Shown here piece by piece: positions 61,063 to 64,000 of a DNA stretch of 64,000 bases. The stretch comes from Phoronis australis (taxonomy: Eukaryota > Animalia > Phoronida): NCBI GenBank assembly GCA_002633005.1, contig NMRA01000347.1, positions 278,304 to 342,303 on the forward strand. The letters are read 5' to 3'. Both the position numbers and the translations under genes were made by a program. The number at the start of each line of letters is the position of its first letter. Positions within the stretch are counted from its first letter, which is position 1. Below the pieces are notes generated by a model. That model was not told the origin of the DNA, ran no database searches, and saw only the letters and a program-made list of their open reading frames with translations.

Positions 61063-64000
61063 ATGTTAATTATGAACTGTATGAATTTATCAGTATTTAA
61101 CTACAGACATAATAATTATAATTGTTCGGGTGCCTGGAAAACAAAAATACCCCACTGCTTTTCGTCTATTACGCTCGACCTCACTCTTCTACTACGAAGA
61201 CGACCCCGAACTGAGCACTCACGTAATGTTTACTGCACAATGAAGAACTCATGTTGTGATATCCGAGTTATCATTGAGCAAAGTCTTTTGACTGCCGGTG
61301 ACATAGAGGTCAATCCAGGACCAGGCACTCAGGGTTTAGCCAGCTTCAAGGTCTTATTCACTAATATCAACAGTATCAAGGCGAACAATCTTTCAAGATT
61401 TGATCTTCTCAAGCAAGTTATTACAGACAACAATTAAATGGTCATTGCTATATGTGAATCTGGAACACTGTCCGAAGACAACCTCAGTGCACTATTCCAG
61501 AATACCACATTGCCTACCACACTAACGTATGGAGGGGGTTGATCTTGTTTGTCCACAACTCAGTAAATTACAAAACAATTGATGATAAAATTATACAATC
61601 AATGAGTAACTGTTGGATTGAACTTTACGTCAACCACAAAAAGGTATATTACGGTTTTTTCTATCGCTCACCCTCACAGACGTCCCATGAAAGGAAAGCA
61701 TATTTCAAAACCTTTTCAGAACAATTGCAAGAACTCTCTCAAACTAATAAAACAATTGTTATCAACGGGGATTTCAACGCAAGAAATAGTACTTGGTACT
61801 CAGAAGACAATGACAACCAAGCCGGTCTCGAATTATTCGATATTCTCCTCACAAATGACTGTATACAACTATAATAAACGAGCCTACACGTTTAACAATG
61901 TATTCACATTCTTGCCTTGATTTATGTATAACAAACAATCTCGGATTAATTGAATCCACTTCTGTAAGGCATCCCATTGGTAACGCAGACCACCACGTTA
62001 TAGAAACAACATTCACACTCAACTGCGCACCTAAAGAACCAGACATTATGGAGAAGATCTGGAATTACATCTTCATTAACATGGACAAACTGCGCTCTGA
62101 CATGACCACATTCAACTGGACTGAAATACTTAACAAAAGTGACATAAATGACACAGTCTCAATATTCACACAGTCACTCTCCAACACATTAGATAATAAT
62201 ATCCCATTAACTGTGAAAACAATAAAAAACAAGAACAAACCGTGGTTTAGCAATAACATTAAGTCTGAAATAAATAAAAGAAATAAACTGTACAGATCGT
62301 TCATGCACGTTCAAGCGCTACAAAGAACAGTGCAAGAGTGTGGAAGAACTAATTAAAAAGACAAAACAAGACTATAAGATGAAAGTTATCTCCAATATCA
62401 AAAATGTCTCCAAAAATTCTAAGGAATATTGGGATATAGTAAACAAAATTCGAGGACAGGTAAAGCAATCATCATACCCCACCATCCATTCAAAAGAATC
62501 CAACTCTCAGGCGTCATCCAAAGTCGATAAAAGTATCTTATTTCTAGACTACTTCACTGCCAAGAGTACATTGCACCAACAATAAACTATCCAGAATTCA
62601 CAAACAGAACATTAGAACACCTCTCTTACATAGAAGCCCAACCATCTGAAGTCAGAAAACTACTAGAAAACATCGACGAAAACAAAACCGACGGTACCAA
62701 CCTCACAACCAATAAAATGATCAAGATAATAGCAAGAGAGCTTACACTTCCTCTGAGAACATTATACAACAAAATACTACAATCTGGAAAATTTCCTTTG
62801 AACTGGAAGCTTGGCGTTCTGATACCAATACAAAACTCCAAAACAGACATTGCCAACTATCGCCCCATAACTCTACTTAACACCTTATCCAAAATTTTAG
62901 AAAAAATCATTTCTCAGCACATGCTTGACCACCTCTCTTCACAAAACCTCATATATCGTCGCCAATTTGAATTCATGCCTGGTAACAGCACTGTGTCGCA
63001 ACTTACAGAAATTGTACACGACATCCACCTCCAGTTTGAGCAAGGGTACAACGTGAGATCCGTATTTTAGACATTGCGTCAGCTTTTGATGTCGTTCCCC
63101 ATGACCTGCTTCTACATGAATTACAATCTTACGGTTTCTCAGGCAATCTCCTCTCACTTTTAAAATCATATCTGGAAAATCGAACTTACAAAGTCCGAAT
63201 TGATGGTGTCTTATCACCTTCATCAACGCCAGGTTTCGTAAATGCTGGAGTACCACAGGGTAGTGTACTAGGCCCCATTTTCTTTTTACTGTACATCAAT
63301 GATCTTCCAGACACGATAAGCTCTAAAATAGTCTTATATGCTGATGACACTGCAATATTCCACCCATTCTCAAAAGAGCATCCCCATGACTCCTTACAAT
63401 TGCAAACTGACCTTAAAAAACTCTATGACTGGTCTCACAAATGGCAGATGAAATTTAAACCTGAAAAAAGTGTTGATCTTATATTTTCTAAGTCTAATAA
63501 TACTCATTTCCAAACAAATCCAACACAGGAATTATCACTCAATGGGGAAGTTATACCCAATAAATTCACGCACAAACATCTTGGCTTGCTACTCGACCAT
63601 AAGCTTACATTTACTCCTCATTGTCGCGAACTCGTTCAAAAGGTACAAAAATTAATTAATCCAATTAGAATTATCTCTCGTCATCTCAACTCCATGCATC
63701 TTGAAACTCTGTTCAAGTCTTTTGTACTTCCACATCTAGATTACTGTGACATAATCTACCAATCGGCAAACGCTGGCATACTTCTCCAATTAGAAAGACT
63801 ACAATACCAAGCAGCTTTAGCCATAACCGGGGCATACAAAGGGTCCAACACAATCAAGGTTCTAAATAGTCTTCACTGGAGCAAACTAGCAACCCGTCGT
63901 AAACTCCACCTGTCCATGTATACATTCAAAGTCTTAACCAACATAAACAATTACTCTAACAAAATCCTCTTTGACTCCTACAAAAGACCAAGCACGAGAC
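61063..64000 (+). mobile_element. Degenerate CR1/L2-like non-LTR retrotransposon (APE endonuclease + RT), runs off the right edge
   Basis: GDIEVNPGP, NINSI, YRSPS, GDFNAR, LDLCITN, ADHH; NYRPITLL, GVPQGSVLGP..FLLYINDL, YADD (63337-63348). Several in-frame stops and frameshifts. Confidence 0.93.

Overview
Eukaryotic, intron-rich DNA that looks like an invertebrate animal (no bacterial operons, rRNA or CRISPR). The window holds two tandem, same-orientation (minus strand) paralogs of a complement C3-like gene. Copy B (ATG 58029 to stop 35395, about 23 coding exons, about 1,090 aa) is complete. Copy A (ATG 19121) shows its first 14 exons and runs off the left edge. By manual splicing, copy B keeps the signal peptide, the MG1-MG8 scaffold, the anchor cysteines and two furin-type sites. 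It appears to lack the anaphylatoxin (C3a), CUB, thioester (TED/GCGEQ) and C345C domains, making it a genomically encoded C3c-like scaffold. Copy A also lacks the C3a domain. Both copies have kappaB-like motif clusters upstream. The rest is a degenerate L1/Tx1-like LINE fragment, a CR1/L2-like LINE with a 2A-like motif at the right edge, several MITE/SINE families, mini/microsatellites and many TA-to-TACATGTA insertions resembling Tc1/mariner excision footprints. All gene models are manual; no searches were run.
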